Assembly (NCBI RefSeq): GCF_963921235.1
Contig: NC_086108.1
Location: forward strand, 108,812,001-108,876,000
From: Mobula hypostoma
Taxonomy: Eukaryota
Direction of reading: 5' to 3'
Length of the DNA stretch: 64,000 nt
The notes under the pieces: model-generated
The model's input: the letters and a program-made list of their open reading frames with translations, nothing else
Told to the model about the DNA's origin: nothing
The model's database searches: none
Shown here: one piece after another, positions 62,621 through 64,000 of the stretch
How the letters are laid out: the number at the start of each line of letters is the position of its first letter
Position numbering within the stretch: position 1 is the first letter of the stretch
Translations under genes and position numbers: made by a program

Positions 62621-63142
62621 TAGAACATAGAATAGTACAGCACAGTACAGGCCCTTCGGCCCACAATGTTGTGCCGACCCTCAAACCCTGCCTCCCATAT
62701 AACCCCCCACCTTAAATTCCTCCATATACCTGTCTAGTAGTCTCTTAAACTTCACTAGTGTATCTGCCTCCACCTCTGACTCAGGCAGTGCATTCCACGC
62801 ACCAACCACTCTCTGAGTAAAAAACCTTCCCCTAATATCCCCCTTGAACTTCCCACCCCTTACCTTAAAGCCACGTCCTCTTGTATTAAGCAGTGGTGCC
62901 CTGGGGAAGAAGCGCTGGCTATCCACTCTATTTATTCCTCTTAGTATCTTGTACACCTCTATCATGTCTCCTCTCACCCTCCTTCTCTCCAAAGAGTAAA
63001 GCCCTAGCTCCCTTAATCTCTGATCATAATGCATACTCTCTAAACCAGGCAGCATCCTGGAAAATCTCCTCTGTACCTTTTCCAATGCTTCCACATCCTT
63101 CCTATAGTGAGGTGACCAGAACTGGACACAGTACTCCAAGTG
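62621..63142 (-). mobile_element. Young CR1 3' fragment
   Basis: ORF 62681..63160; nearly identical to 21930-22455. Confidence 0.92.
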
Positions 63143-63643
63143 ACATGTTTTAGGTGACATGCCGAGTCTGTGAAAATTTCTAAGAAACTAGAAAGAAAAG
63201 GCACTGTCGTACCTTCTCTGTAATGATCCTCTGATATGATAATGTCAAGGAATTTAAAATTATTGACCCTCTCTGCCTCCAATCTCGTAATAAAGACTGG
63301 CTCATGGACCTCCGGCTTCTTCATCCTGTAGTCAATAATCAGCTCTTTGAATTTGCTGACATTGAATGACAGATTATTGGTGTGTACAACAATAGGACAT
63401 AGGATAGAAAAAGTGCATTAAGAAAAGATCAATTCTAAACAGTGGATCATTGTGTTCAGGCAGGAGGGACAGAAGCTCCACACCACCAGATTCAAGAATG
63501 GCTACATGCCTTCAATCATTCAGTTCTAGAACCAGCTGGCACAACTCAAATCATGATTTCCTATGGTTACTATGACCACTTTAATCACTTTGCACTAAAG
63601 TGCACTTCCTGGTTTTTGTTCTACTTGTGCTCTTGTTTGAGTT

Positions 63644-63679
63644 AGTCCTGATGAAGGGTCTCGGCTTGAAACGTCGACT
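63644..63679 (+). ncRNA. Minimal hammerhead ribozyme motif in a solo pLTR piece (~63640-63771)
   Basis: AGTC-CTGATGA-AGG gtctcgg CTT-GAAA-C-GTC-GACT; flanking TCTTGTTTG duplication. Confidence 0.75.
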
Positions 63680-63821
63680 GCACCTCTTCCTACAGATGCT
63701 GCCTGGCCTGCTGCGTTCACCAGCAACTTTTATGCGTGTGCTTGAATTTCCAGCATCTGCAGAATTTCTGTTGTTCTTGTTTGTAAAAATAGTTTTTCTT
63801 GCGAATGCTACTTATTTTAAA

Positions 63822-64000
63822 GGCATCCATTAGTCTTGCGAGACCATGGATCTGTGCCTGGGCGCAGGCCTGGGCAAGGTTGTATGGAAGACCAGCAGTT
63901 GCCCATGCTGCAAGTCTCTCCTCTCCACGACACCGATGTTGTCCAAGGGAAGGGCATTAGGACCCATACAACTTGGCACCAGTGTCGTCGCAGAGCAATG
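63822..64000 (-). mobile_element. SINE-like element with an RTE 3' tail (runs off the window)
   Basis: GGCATCCATTAGTCTTGCGAGACCATGGATCTGTGCCTGG matches the RTE LINE 3' end at 29193-29232. Confidence 0.65.

Overview
This window looks like vertebrate genomic DNA, most likely from a cartilaginous fish (ray or shark). That is an inference from the repeat families. It is almost entirely a nested mosaic of transposable elements. CR1 LINEs are many, and two have long intact RT frames. Other elements are Rex1/Babar-type LINEs, RTE LINEs with several RTE-derived non-autonomous/SINE-like families, an L1 3' end, Penelope-like elements (PLEs; RT + GIY-YIG), hAT and Tc1-type MITEs, a solo LTR and a tRNA-derived SINE. 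There are two minisatellites (40 bp and ~42 bp). I recognise no host protein-coding gene; only a few candidate + strand exons sit in repeat-free islands. The most notable signals are RNA-level. (i) Minimal hammerhead ribozyme motifs lie in the PLE terminal repeats, and three PLE insertions have inverted terminal repeats and 13-bp target-site duplications. (ii) A twister-ribozyme-like motif lies at the 5' end of a short bipartite RTE-derived element. These ribozyme-retroelement associations are known in general, so no wholly new system is established from sequence alone. Element boundaries are approximate unless a TSD is given.
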